A DNA stretch of 38,483 nt, from positions 1 through 38,483 of the IMG/VR virus record IMGVR_UViG_3300044551_000008, one strand, 5' to 3'. This document shows positions 21,645 to 30,595 of this stretch, in pieces. Position 1 is the first letter of the stretch. The number at the start of each line of letters is the position of its first letter. Both the position numbers and the translations under genes were made by a program. The stretch is from a virus. The notes beneath the pieces are model-generated. The model was not told the origin of the DNA. It worked only from the letters and a program-made list of their open reading frames with translations, and did no database searches.

Positions 21645-21726
21645 AAAAAAAGCCCGAATTGACCAAATTCGAGCTTAATAGAACAAAGTTTTATGGATAA
21701 TTTTTGTGGTCACACGTATTATATCA
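21645..21726 (-). ncRNA. - strand mini-cassette B, a paralogue of A
   Basis: - strand TGATATAAT at 21718-21726. Hairpin at 21652-21674 plus T7. Compared with A it has the same GACCA loop, the same 32-nt spacing to TGGTCACA, and covarying stems. Confidence 0.5.
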
Positions 21727-21770
21727 TACTGAGCTAGGAACTCGCTAAACTCAACTAGGAGAAATAAATA

Positions 21771-21965
21771 ATGAGTAATAAATCATCGAATAGTGGGGGC
21801 ATAGGCTTCTTCGGATTATTGCAAATTGTATTTATTGTACTTAAATTGATAAATGCAATTAATTGGAGTTGGTTCTGGGTTCTGTCGCCAGCTATTTTCG
21901 GGATAGCAATTTTATTAATTTTATTTTTGATACTTTGTTACTTGAAATATCAAGAACTAAAATAG
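21771..21965 (+). CDS. Small membrane protein (64 aa, two TM segments)
   Basis: GIGFFGLLQIVFIVLKLI and FWVLSPAIFGIAILLILFLIL are hydrophobic. RBS AGGAG is present. Confidence 0.6.
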   Translation: MSNKSSNSGGIGFFGLLQIVFIVLKLINAINWSWFWVLSPAIFGIAILLILFLILCYLKYQELK

Positions 21966-21969
21966 ACAG

Positions 21970-22023
21970 AAAAAGCCCACTGCAATGGGCTTCGGCAAGA
22001 AGTTTTCTAACTTAATTATACCA
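21970..22023 (-). ncRNA. - strand mini-cassette C: TGGTATAAT + ~39-nt RNA + terminator
   Basis: - strand extended -10 at 22015-22023. Hairpin GCCCA/TGGGC at 21975-21990 plus T5 on the - strand. Confidence 0.4.
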
Positions 22024-22042
22024 CAAAAGGAGAATTTGATTA

Positions 22043-22465
22043 ATGGCAGATAAGTTAGATAGAATTATTGGAGATTACGTTAATGGCAGACTTGAAGCCA
22101 GAATAAAATCAATTGAAAGTAGATATCTTTATAAGCAAAAAGTAGATAACTTAGGCATCCGCACAGCTTATTCCGGTGGTTCGGAGCCTGAAAGTCATGT
22201 TTTAAATAAAGAAGCGCTTGAAAATGATGAGGAATTAATCAGATTAAGAGAATTGATAAGACAAATCGACATCTGGTATCTACCTTTGATTCAAGTTGAA
22301 AAGGAGGTAATAAGACTAAAATGTGAAGGATATAATGGCAGATACTGGTATCAAGTAATGCAAGAATTGGATGTTCAAGGATTTGAAGTTCCACAGAAGA
22401 AAGCTAAAGCTGCTTATTATAAATTTAGGAATGACATCTATTCTTTTGTTATTCACTTAATTTGA
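22043..22465 (+). CDS. alt: ArpU-family late transcription regulator (Alt-like)
   Basis: The 140-aa product is the last gene before the packaging module, as in TP901-1. The size and position fit Alt/ArpU. Confidence 0.6.
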   Translation: MADKLDRIIGDYVNGRLEARIKSIESRYLYKQKVDNLGIRTAYSGGSEPESHVLNKEALENDEELIRLRELIRQIDIWYLPLIQVEKEVIRLKCEGYNGRYWYQVMQELDVQGFEVPQKKAKAAYYKFRNDIYSFVIHLI

Positions 22466-22607
22466 GAGGGACAAAATAGGCAAAAAAAGAATCGAAATTG
22501 CCTAAAATTGGCACCTCAACCCTTGTTTTTGCTGATATACTTGTATTATGAAGTAAAAGGCAAAAGCACAAATTTCGGAAAAGTAAGGTTGAATTTGCTT
22601 CATATTA

Positions 22608-22682
22608 GTGGCTGCATGGTCAAGGGGTTAAGATACTGCACTTTTAGTGCAGAGGCGTGAGTTCGAATCTCACTCAGTCACA
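22608..22682 (+). tRNA. tRNA-Lys(UUU)-like gene with non-canonical junctions
   Basis: 7-bp acceptor stem GTGGCTG/CAGTCAC (one G-T). Anticodon arm CTGCA-CTTTTAG-TGCAG. T-arm GTGAG-TTCGAAT-CTCAC. GG is present in the D-loop. There is one extra nt at the T-stem/acceptor junction and the D-stem is weak. Confidence 0.55.
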
Positions 22683-22840
22683 TAATGGGTTGATAATAAT
22701 ATTCCCTTGGTTTGAATCCATAAAAACAGCTTGGCAACTTGCGACTGTACAGTGATTGTCGTTACATTCACAACAGGGTTATTTAATTTGTTGTCTATCT
22801 CGTCATAGACTTTGCTGACTAACCCATAGGACTTTCTAGG

Positions 22841-22913
22841 AGTCAAGGGCTTACAGCGTAGTAAGCATGGTACGGAAACGTAGGCGCTCAGGGTTCGACT
22901 CCCTGACTTGCTA
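22841..22913 (+). pseudogene. Degenerate tRNA-like element
   Basis: Perfect T-arm CAGGG-TTCGACT-CCCTG. Possible D-arm CTTA/TAAG. Instead of an anticodon arm there is a TACG-GAAA-CGTA mini-hairpin. An alternative 7-bp acceptor is TAGTAAG/CTTGCTA. Confidence 0.45.
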
Positions 22914-22988
22914 TTCGATTGCATTGCTTAATACCGATGCATGGAAAAATATTTAAATTATTTATTAGTCAGTTTACGCTGGCTATTT

Positions 22989-22997
22989 TTGATATAC
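22989..22997 (+). promoter_or_regulatory. Extended -10 TGATATACT upstream of the 276-aa moron
   Basis: TGnTATACT lies 33 nt upstream of ATG 23030. Confidence 0.4.
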
Positions 22998-23029
22998 TAT
23001 ACTTGATTAAATTTCAAGGAGAGTATGTT

Positions 23030-23860
23030 ATGAACAAAGAGATTAAAGAAGGTTTTGTTGAAGGGTTAATAGAAACTGGAAAAGATTTTGCCAAAGAACA
23101 GTTAGGGGAGTTGATCCCTAAAGTAGTTTCTGAAAGCTCTTTGCAATTCGGACTAGAAGTGGTAGGAGGCACGGCTATAGAAATGGTTCCATTTGTAGGA
23201 CATATAGCATCAAGCTATTTCACAAAAAGAAAAATAAAAAATGAGCATGAATTTATATCTGAAATTGCAAAGCGAGTAGAAGATATTGAAAAAAATATGT
23301 CTAGCAAAACGATTGAACAAAAAGAAATTTTAGACGATTTAGCTGTTTATGCTTATGAGAAGGCTATTCAAACAAATCAAGAAGAAAAAATTTCATATAT
23401 TGTCAATGGTTTTGTAAACATGACAAAGATTGATACTGTATCCGAAGATATAGCATACATTTATTATGATACATTGGAACAGTTAACCATCTTAGATATA
23501 AGTGTTCTCAAACTCTATGGAAAAGCTTATCTTGAAATAGATTCGGCAGCTAATTATTCAGAGATACTCGAACAGTTTGGGATAGAATATCATCAATATG
23601 ATGCAGTAAGAAAGAATCTCCAAAGAATTTCCTTATTGGAAGACTCGGAAGAAGAAAAATTTGATAAGCATTTTAAGGATTTTGTGAAAGTATTCAATGG
23701 TAATATGAAACTTCTCGCTTCTTTTAAAAATCCCAGAAAGTTTGATACCAAAGAGTTTGGGAAACTAAAAGATATCAAAGAATATCGACCAAGAGAAAAT
23801 CTAAGAATTTCAAAATTTGGTAAAGACTTTCTTAGATTCTTTGCTGAAGAGAATCAATAA
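23030..23860 (+). CDS. 276-aa hypothetical protein inserted between alt and terS; faint resemblance to Abi-alpha/DUF4393
   Basis: The ATG at 23030 follows AAGGAG. The 22919 extension overlaps the tRNA-like element and has no RBS. The gene has its own promoter and terminator. The family assignment is from memory only. Confidence 0.65.
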   Translation: MNKEIKEGFVEGLIETGKDFAKEQLGELIPKVVSESSLQFGLEVVGGTAIEMVPFVGHIASSYFTKRKIKNEHEFISEIAKRVEDIEKNMSSKTIEQKEILDDLAVYAYEKAIQTNQEEKISYIVNGFVNMTKIDTVSEDIAYIYYDTLEQLTILDISVLKLYGKAYLEIDSAANYSEILEQFGIEYHQYDAVRKNLQRISLLEDSEEEKFDKHFKDFVKVFNGNMKLLASFKNPRKFDTKEFGKLKDIKEYRPRENLRISKFGKDFLRFFAEENQ

Positions 23861-23888
23861 TACTATATGTGAAATTCATTTATATTAC

Positions 23889-23912
23889 AGGTTGTCCAAT
23901 GGGCAGCCTTTT
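23889..23912 (+). terminator. Terminator of the 276-aa gene
   Basis: 9-bp stem AGGTTGTCC/GGGCAGCCT (two G-T pairs), loop AAT, then TTTT. Confidence 0.6.
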
Positions 23913-23934
23913 ATTGTTGATGAAAGGAGGAGAA

Positions 23935-24402
23935 ATGGCAAAAGCTAAATATGAGGAATGGATTTTAGAAGAAGGATTGCTCAAAATTCAAGGTTGGGCA
24001 AGAGACGGCTTAACAGAGGAGCAAATCGCTCATAATATGGGGATTGCTGTTTCAACTCTGGGTAATTGGAAAAAAAGTCATCTGGAGATTTTGGAGTCCC
24101 TAAAAAAGGGTAAAGAAGTTGTTGACATTCAAGTCGAAAATGCTTTGTTAAAACGTGCTTTAGGTTATGAATTTGTTGAAATCACAAAAGAATTAACGGA
24201 TGCTGGTTTATTGGTAACAAAAGAAGTTACTAAACAACAAGCGCCAGATACAACTGCGGCAATTTTCTGGCTCAAGAACCGAAAGCCTAACGAATGGCGG
24301 GATAAAAGTCAAACGGAGCTGTCTGGAGGAATAAAGGTTTCAAACCCTTATGAAGGCTTGACAGAAGAAGAGCTTAGAAAGTTGGCGAGTCGTGATGGAT
24401 AA
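23935..24402 (+). CDS. terS: Terminase small subunit
   Basis: The ATG at 23935 follows GAAAGGAGGAG. The N-terminal HTH is GLTEEQIAHNMGIAVSTLGNWKK. It precedes terL. Confidence 0.8.
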   Translation: MAKAKYEEWILEEGLLKIQGWARDGLTEEQIAHNMGIAVSTLGNWKKSHLEILESLKKGKEVVDIQVENALLKRALGYEFVEITKELTDAGLLVTKEVTKQQAPDTTAAIFWLKNRKPNEWRDKSQTELSGGIKVSNPYEGLTEEELRKLASRDG

Positions 24403-25783
24403 AATAGCGCTAGGGGCAAAAATTGAGCTGTCTAAGCGCTTTTTCTTTGATTACTGTAATCTCATCATGCCAAGCTTTTATAAACGTGATAGGGCTTATT
24501 TAATGACGATGTGCGAAGAATTTCAGTCATTTCTAAATGATGATGAACACGATATTTTAGTTTTGAATCTTCCGCCACGTCACGGAAAGTCTCTCACGCT
24601 CGGTAAATTTGTAGAGTGGGTGCTTGGTAATGACCACACTAAGAAAATCATGACTGGTTCATATAACGAAATTCTATCAACAGTTTTCTCTAAAAATGTT
24701 CGTAATACTATTCAACAAAATAAAGCGGATGTGGATAAGATTGTTTACTCCGATATTTTTGATTCCAAGATTAAAGACGGAGATGCTGCGAAAAACCTTT
24801 GGAGTTTGTCAGACGGCTATAATAACTATCTGGCAACCTCTCCAACAGGGACTGCAACAGGTTTTGGTGCTGACATTATTATTATTGATGATGTTATCAA
24901 GAATGCTGAGGAAGCTAACAATGCGACTGTCTTAGAGAAACATTGGGATTGGTTTGTTAATACTATGCTTTCACGTTTGGAATCAGGCGGAAAAATCATA
25001 ATCAATATGACTCGTTGGCATAGTGAAGATTTAGCTGGACGTGCTTTGCGTGAATTGCCTAAGAATGGGTATCGAGTAAAGCATATTAATTTTAAAGCAT
25101 TTAACGAAGAAACAAATAAAATGCTTTGTGATGATATCCTAAATATTGAAGATTATAAGCGCAAAGTAAAAACAATGGGTGCTGATATCGCTAGCGCAAA
25201 CTACCAACAAGAACCAATTGATATCAAAGGGCGACTATACGGAGAGTTTCAAACTTACAACGCTCGTTCAGATTATAAAAAGATATGGAACTATTGCGAT
25301 ACTGCAGACACTGGGAAAGACTATCTCTGTTCGATTGTGTGGGGTGAAACCTCAGACGGCTTTGCGGATGTGTTGGATATTATTTACACTCAAAAGCCGA
25401 TGGAGTACACAGAAAACGCAGTGGCCAATCAATTAATTAATAACAGAGTAAATGCATCAAGAATCGAGCGCAACAATGGCGGTCGGTCTTTTGCTCGTTC
25501 TGTCAGGGATAAGATTCAAGGTAAAGTTGCTTGTGCTGTGGAAGATTTCTTCCAAGGAAATAATAAAGAAGCTCGGATTTATTCCAATAGTTACTGGATA
25601 GAGCAGCATGTTCGCTTTCCTAACGATTGGAGAACGAGGTTTCCAGAATACTATCAAGCAATGACGACTTATCAACGTGAAGGTAAAAATAAACACGATG
25701 ATGCGCCAGATGCAACAACCGGGATTGCTGAGACAATGAGTGGTAAGCGAATAAAAGCCGGATTAAAATCATTTAAAATATAA
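24395..25783 (+). CDS. terL: Terminase large subunit
   Basis: Walker A-like LPPRHGKS is present, and DIIIIDD is Walker B-like. The C-terminal nuclease region contains HDDAPDA. The start overlaps the terS stop. Confidence 0.88.
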   Translation: MDKIALGAKIELSKRFFFDYCNLIMPSFYKRDRAYLMTMCEEFQSFLNDDEHDILVLNLPPRHGKSLTLGKFVEWVLGNDHTKKIMTGSYNEILSTVFSKNVRNTIQQNKADVDKIVYSDIFDSKIKDGDAAKNLWSLSDGYNNYLATSPTGTATGFGADIIIIDDVIKNAEEANNATVLEKHWDWFVNTMLSRLESGGKIIINMTRWHSEDLAGRALRELPKNGYRVKHINFKAFNEETNKMLCDDILNIEDYKRKVKTMGADIASANYQQEPIDIKGRLYGEFQTYNARSDYKKIWNYCDTADTGKDYLCSIVWGETSDGFADVLDIIYTQKPMEYTENAVANQLINNRVNASRIERNNGGRSFARSVRDKIQGKVACAVEDFFQGNNKEARIYSNSYWIEQHVRFPNDWRTRFPEYYQAMTTYQREGKNKHDDAPDATTGIAETMSGKRIKAGLKSFKI

Positions 25784-25797
25784 AAGGAGATTTCTAA

Positions 25798-27174
25798 TTG
25801 AAATACAAACCACCTAAATTAATGACATTTTCAAAAGATGAGCCAATCACAGTTGAAGTGGTTAACAAGTTCATGGAAAAACATAAATTAGAGGTTGCTC
25901 GGTATGAGTACTTGAAAAATATGTATCTTGGAATCATGGATATTGATGATGAACCAAAAAAAGATTCTTGGAAGCCTGACAATCGTTTAACTAATAACTT
26001 CACTAAATATATCGTTGATACTTTCACAGGTTACTTTAATGGGATTCCAGTTAAAAAGTCTCATTCAGATAAAGAAATACTTTCTAAACTACAAGAATTT
26101 GATAACCTGAATGACATGGAAGATGAAGAGTCAGAGCTTGCAAAGATGGCTTGTATTTATGGTCGAGCATTTGAACTCTTGTATCAAGACGAAGAGACAC
26201 AAACTAATGTTGTTTATAATAGTCCAGAAAATATGTTTATGGTCTATGACGATACAGTCAAACAAGAGCCTTTATTTGCCGTGAGATATGGTATTGACGA
26301 GGACAAAAAACTTCATGGAGAAGTTTATACTCTACTTGAAACTATTAAAATCAGCGGAGAAAATGATGAGATTAGCTTTGGAGAAAAGACTTACAACCCA
26401 TATCCAGATTTGCCAGTTGTAGAGTTCTATTTCAACGAAGAACGAATGAGTATTTTTGAATCTGTTATTTCATTAGTCAACGCTTTTAATAAAGCTATTA
26501 GTGAAAAAGCAAATGACGTTGATTATTTCAGTGATCAGTATTTGGTTTTCATGGGAGCAGAAATAGACGAAGAAGATGCTAAAAATATCAAAGATAATCG
26601 TCTAATTAATTATTATGATAAGAATCAAAATAATCAAAGTGGTTCTGCTTCAAAAGTAGATGTTAAATTCTTAGAAAAGCCTGATAGTGATTCTGAGACA
26701 GAAAATCTATTGGACCGACTGACTAAATTAATTTTCCAAACAACAATGGTTGCGAATATCTCCGATGAATCTTTCGGGTCATCAAGTGGTATCTCGTTAG
26801 CCTACAAACTTCAAGCAATGAGCAACTTAGCTTTGTCATTTCAACGTAAGTTCCAATCTTCTTTGAATGGTCGATACAAACTATTTTGTGAGTTAAGTAC
26901 GAATGTTTCAAATAAAGATGCTTGGAAAGATATTGAGTATACCTTTACTCGTAATGAGCCAAAAGACCTCAAGGAGCAAGCAGAAACTGCTAATATTCTA
27001 AAAGGTATTACTAGTGAAGAAACTGCTTTAAGTGTCATCTCTGTTATCCCAGATGTCCAAGCTGAAATGGAGAAAATTAAAAAAGAAGATTCTTCTATAC
27101 CTATCTTTGACCAGGACAAGCAATCTAGTGAAAAAGGAACAGATCCAGCAGTTTCTGAAACAAATGAGGAGTAA
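25798..27174 (+). CDS. Portal protein (SPP1 gp6-like), TTG start
   Basis: The 458-aa gene follows terL. AGGAG lies 8 nt before TTG 25798. Confidence 0.8.
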   Translation: MKYKPPKLMTFSKDEPITVEVVNKFMEKHKLEVARYEYLKNMYLGIMDIDDEPKKDSWKPDNRLTNNFTKYIVDTFTGYFNGIPVKKSHSDKEILSKLQEFDNLNDMEDEESELAKMACIYGRAFELLYQDEETQTNVVYNSPENMFMVYDDTVKQEPLFAVRYGIDEDKKLHGEVYTLLETIKISGENDEISFGEKTYNPYPDLPVVEFYFNEERMSIFESVISLVNAFNKAISEKANDVDYFSDQYLVFMGAEIDEEDAKNIKDNRLINYYDKNQNNQSGSASKVDVKFLEKPDSDSETENLLDRLTKLIFQTTMVANISDESFGSSSGISLAYKLQAMSNLALSFQRKFQSSLNGRYKLFCELSTNVSNKDAWKDIEYTFTRNEPKDLKEQAETANILKGITSEETALSVISVIPDVQAEMEKIKKEDSSIPIFDQDKQSSEKGTDPAVSETNEE

Positions 27175-27177
27175 CCT

Positions 27178-28218
27178 ATGAATTCATCTGATTACTGGAT
27201 AAAACGTGAGCAAGCGTGGCAGGCGCAACAAATCAAAGATGACACTAAACGCATGAATCAAATCAGGGATAAATTATTTGAATCTCAAGAGGCTATTCAA
27301 AAAGAAATCAACGCCAACTGGCAGAACTTTGCGAACGGTCAAGGGATTTCTATTAGTGAAGCCATGAAACGTGCGGATAAAATGGATGTCGAAGCATTCG
27401 CCAATAAAGCTAAGAAATACGTTCAAGAAAAAGACTTTTCGCCCCAAGCAAATCAATCGTTGAAACTTTATAACTTGACCATGAGAGTGAATCGTTTAGA
27501 ACTCCTGAAAGCAAATATTGGTTTAGAATTGATTGCTGTATTTGACGATTTGGACAAATATTTCTCAAAGAATTTGACTGGCGTAGCTCTCACAGAATTT
27601 GAAAGACAAGCCGGAATTCTTGGTCTAAGTGTTCCAAAGAAAGGATATAACAGTTTAGTTGAATCAGTTCTTAATGGAAGTTATAAAGTCGAAGGATTCG
27701 CCAGTTTCTCTGACAAGCTTTGGCAATATCAATTTGAATTAAAAGCTGATATTGAAAAACTTCTTATTCGTTCAGTAACTGGCGGAATCAATCCAAAAGC
27801 ATTGGCCCCACAACTTAAAAGGCTGATGACTGAACAAGGAAAGCTTAATGCGACTTACAACGCACAACGATTGCTTGTGTCAGAAACAACGAGAATTCAA
27901 ACGGCTATTCAAGAAGAAAGCTATAAAAAAGCGGATATTGAAAGTTATGAATATATTGCTGAACCGTCAGCTTGTCCTATCTGTGGGGCATTGAATGGTA
28001 AAATATTCAAATTAAAAGATATGCCGCCTGGTATTAATGCACCAAACATGCATCCGTTTTGTAGATGTAGCACCGCACCGCATGTTGATGATAAAGGTTT
28101 CTGGGATGATTTACTTGATAGGAAAGTAATCAGTCAAGATGAGTACAAGCAAGCTTTTGACGATAGGGCAGAAGCTGACAAAGCGATTGAAGAATTGCGC
28201 AATAAAAGAAAAGGATAG
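27178..28218 (+). CDS. Minor head protein (Mu F / SPP1 gp7-like)
   Basis: It sits after the portal gene. The C-terminal CPICGALNGK..HPFCRC motif is typical of the F-like family. Confidence 0.75.
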   Translation: MNSSDYWIKREQAWQAQQIKDDTKRMNQIRDKLFESQEAIQKEINANWQNFANGQGISISEAMKRADKMDVEAFANKAKKYVQEKDFSPQANQSLKLYNLTMRVNRLELLKANIGLELIAVFDDLDKYFSKNLTGVALTEFERQAGILGLSVPKKGYNSLVESVLNGSYKVEGFASFSDKLWQYQFELKADIEKLLIRSVTGGINPKALAPQLKRLMTEQGKLNATYNAQRLLVSETTRIQTAIQEESYKKADIESYEYIAEPSACPICGALNGKIFKLKDMPPGINAPNMHPFCRCSTAPHVDDKGFWDDLLDRKVISQDEYKQAFDDRAEADKAIEELRNKRKG

Positions 28219-28224
28219 ATTTCA

Positions 28225-28479
28225 ATGAATAAAAATGATAAAAAATTATTTATTATTGCAAATGAGCTATTGGGAGATGTAGCTAATCAAAAAATTACTG
28301 GTGTTTCTGTAGATAATACGAATTACGAAGATGGCTCAAAACATTTGTCTATTGTTATTGATTATGTAGAAACATCAGGGACTAATTTTAAAATAAAAAC
28401 AGATAGTCTTAAAAATAGTAATTTGGGTGATGTTGCTGGGGATATTATAAAAGCAGGAAAGCTGAATATTCAAAACTAA
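28225..28479 (+). CDS. Hypothetical protein (84 aa)
   Basis: ORF between the MuF-like and scaffold genes. Confidence 0.5.
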   Translation: MNKNDKKLFIIANELLGDVANQKITGVSVDNTNYEDGSKHLSIVIDYVETSGTNFKIKTDSLKNSNLGDVAGDIIKAGKLNIQN

Positions 28480-28593
28480 GCGTTTGTCACTGACAGGCGC
28501 TTTTCTTGTCCGTTTCCGAACGTTGTGGACACTAAATAAAACACGAGAAAATCAGACTCCCAAGTCTTTAAATGCGAGTAGGAGGAACCAGAA

Positions 28594-29256
28594 ATGGAAC
28601 AAACAGAACTTTTACCCCTTAATTTGCAACTGTTCGCAGAAGAAGCAGTCGATGAGACGTCTGAAGCTGGTTCAGAAACTGAAACAGAAACGAATGAAGA
28701 AGAGCAACAAGAACAATCAACTGACAATGACAAAATTGTCGAAAAGCTGCAAAAACGAATCGGTAAAGAGCAGGCTGAAAAAAATGAAACAAAAACACAG
28801 CTTGACCAAGCGCTGGCTCGTATTGAAGAACTTGAAAAAGGTGGCAAAAAGTCAGTTAAAGAAAAATCTGACGAAGAAAAAGCTGCTGAACTTCAAAAAG
28901 CTAAAGACGATGAAATCGCAAGCCTTAAAGCACAAATCAAAATTTCAAACATTACCAGTCAAGCTGATGAAGTGTTGAAAGAAAGTGGAATTGCTTTGAG
29001 TGCTGCGGAGTTAGGATTGTTAGTTGATGTTGATGAAGAAAAAACTTACAGCAATGTAAAAACTTTCCTCAATTTGCTTGATAATCAACGCTCACAATGG
29101 GAAAAAGCACGAAACACAGGGACAACGCCTAAACGTGTTCCTGGCAATGTAGTATCAGTCGATAAAGATAAATTTGATTCAATGACTTATGCTGAAAAAG
29201 CTGAATTAGCAAAATCTAATCCAGATGAATTTAAAAAAATAACAGGAGGCTATTAA
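28594..29256 (+). CDS. Scaffolding protein
   Basis: Acidic, coiled-coil-rich 220-aa product immediately upstream of the capsid gene. RBS AGGAGG is present. Confidence 0.75.
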   Translation: MEQTELLPLNLQLFAEEAVDETSEAGSETETETNEEEQQEQSTDNDKIVEKLQKRIGKEQAEKNETKTQLDQALARIEELEKGGKKSVKEKSDEEKAAELQKAKDDEIASLKAQIKISNITSQADEVLKESGIALSAAELGLLVDVDEEKTYSNVKTFLNLLDNQRSQWEKARNTGTTPKRVPGNVVSVDKDKFDSMTYAEKAELAKSNPDEFKKITGGY

Positions 29257-29257
29257 A

Positions 29258-30079
29258 ATGTCAAAAACAAAAACAACACTTGCAGACTTAGTAAATCCAG
29301 AGGTGCTTGCACCAATTATTTCATACGAATTGAATAAAGCACTTCGGTTTGCACCCCTTGCACAAGTTGACACAACACTTCAAGGACAACCAGGTAATAC
29401 TTTGAAATTCCCAGCTTTTACTTATATTGGAGATGCTTCTGATGTTGCAGAAGGCGAAGCTATTTCGTTAGATAAAATCGGAACTACTACTAAGTCAGTA
29501 ACAATTAAAAAAGCTGCAAAAGGTACAGAAATCACGGATGAAGCCGCATTATCTGGTTATGGTGATCCAATTGGAGAATCTAATAAACAACTTGGGCTAT
29601 CTCTTGCAAATAAAGTCGATGACGACTTATTGAGCGCAGCTAAGACTACCTCTCAAACTGTTTCTACTAAAGCAAACGTTGACGGGGTTCAAGCTGCATT
29701 GGATATCTTTAATGATGAGGATGCACAAGCCTATGTTCTTATCGTCAATCCTAAAGATGCGGCAAAAATTCGTAAAGATGCAAACGCACAAAAAATTGGT
29801 TCAGAAGTAGGAGCAAATGCTTTTATCAATGGAACTTACGCTGATGTTTTAGGCGCTCAAATTGTACGATCTAAAAAACTAGCTGAGGGTTCAGCTCTAA
29901 TGTTCAAGATTGTTTCAAATAGCCCAGCTTTGAAATTAGTTTTAAAACGTGGAGTTCAGGTAGAAACTGACCGTGATATTGTTACTAAAACAACTGTAAT
30001 TACTGCAGATGAACATTACGCAGAATATCTCTATGATTTAACAAAAGTTGTTAATATCACATTTACGCCTGGTGTATAA
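29258..30079 (+). CDS. Major capsid protein
   Basis: 273-aa product following the scaffold gene, in the typical position. Confidence 0.75.
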   Translation: MSKTKTTLADLVNPEVLAPIISYELNKALRFAPLAQVDTTLQGQPGNTLKFPAFTYIGDASDVAEGEAISLDKIGTTTKSVTIKKAAKGTEITDEAALSGYGDPIGESNKQLGLSLANKVDDDLLSAAKTTSQTVSTKANVDGVQAALDIFNDEDAQAYVLIVNPKDAAKIRKDANAQKIGSEVGANAFINGTYADVLGAQIVRSKKLAEGSALMFKIVSNSPALKLVLKRGVQVETDRDIVTKTTVITADEHYAEYLYDLTKVVNITFTPGV

Positions 30080-30276
30080 TGGGACGGCTACTAAGTCGCC
30101 ACTTGCATAAATATGAAAACATAAATGCGACCAAGCAAGTGAAAAATGATGAACTAACGACGCTTACCGTTAATCAGCTAAAAGAGCTTCTTGAAACTAA
30201 AGGGATAGAATATACAAAAAACGATAAGAAAGAAGATTTGATTTCAAAATTAGGAGTTGCTTATGGCTATCACTGA
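30079..30276 (+). CDS. Small HeH/SAP-domain protein
   Basis: LTVNQLKELLETKGIEYTKNDKKEDLISKL fits the SAP/HeH helix-extension-helix pattern. Confidence 0.55.
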   Translation: MGRLLSRHLHKYENINATKQVKNDELTTLTVNQLKELLETKGIEYTKNDKKEDLISKLGVAYGYH

Positions 30277-30595
30277 TGATATAAAAAAGCTTTTGGGCGG
30301 TTCATCGGATGAGCGCTTGGAAGTAATCGAAAAACGCACTCGTGAACGTCTATTGCTTATTCTTGGTTCTGACCTTAAAGAAGTACCATCAGAACTAGAA
30401 TATGTTGTTTTGGACGTTTCCTTGAAGCATTTTAATCGTATCGGTCAAGAAGGCATGCAGTCCTACTCACAAGAAGGATTAAGCATGACCTTTTCAGAAT
30501 CTGATTTTGATGAGTATGCCGATGAAATTGAATCATGGCGAAAATCAAAAGAAACTGAGGGCGATAAGAAGATAGGTAGGTTCAGATTGTATTGA
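30263..30595 (+). CDS. Head-tail connector protein (gp6-like)
   Basis: The ATG at 30263 lies 6 nt after AGGAG. The position in the connector module fits. Confidence 0.6.
   Translation: MAITDDIKKLLGGSSDERLEVIEKRTRERLLLILGSDLKEVPSELEYVVLDVSLKHFNRIGQEGMQSYSQEGLSMTFSESDFDEYADEIESWRKSKETEGDKKIGRFRLY

Noticed and set aside
22466-22607. The late promoter and Alt-binding repeats expected downstream of alt; AGGCAAAA-type motifs occur at about 22484 and about 22557.
   Set aside because: The repeats are short and few. I cannot place a -10 or a transcription start with any confidence, so no feature is reported.
22670-23029. - strand ORF 22670-22924 (84 aa), and the 37-aa N-terminal extension (22919-23029) of the 313-aa ORF.
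   Set aside because: Both overlap the tRNA-like elements and lack RBSs. The ATG at 23030 has a proper AAGGAG and a promoter-like box upstream.
28476-28978. ORFs 28476-28847 (-, 123 aa) and 28484-28978 (+, 164 aa) overlapping the scaffolding gene.
   Set aside because: These are alternative frames of a low-complexity, K/E-rich coding region. They lack RBSs, and the scaffold frame (28594-29256) has an AGGAGG RBS and fits the synteny.
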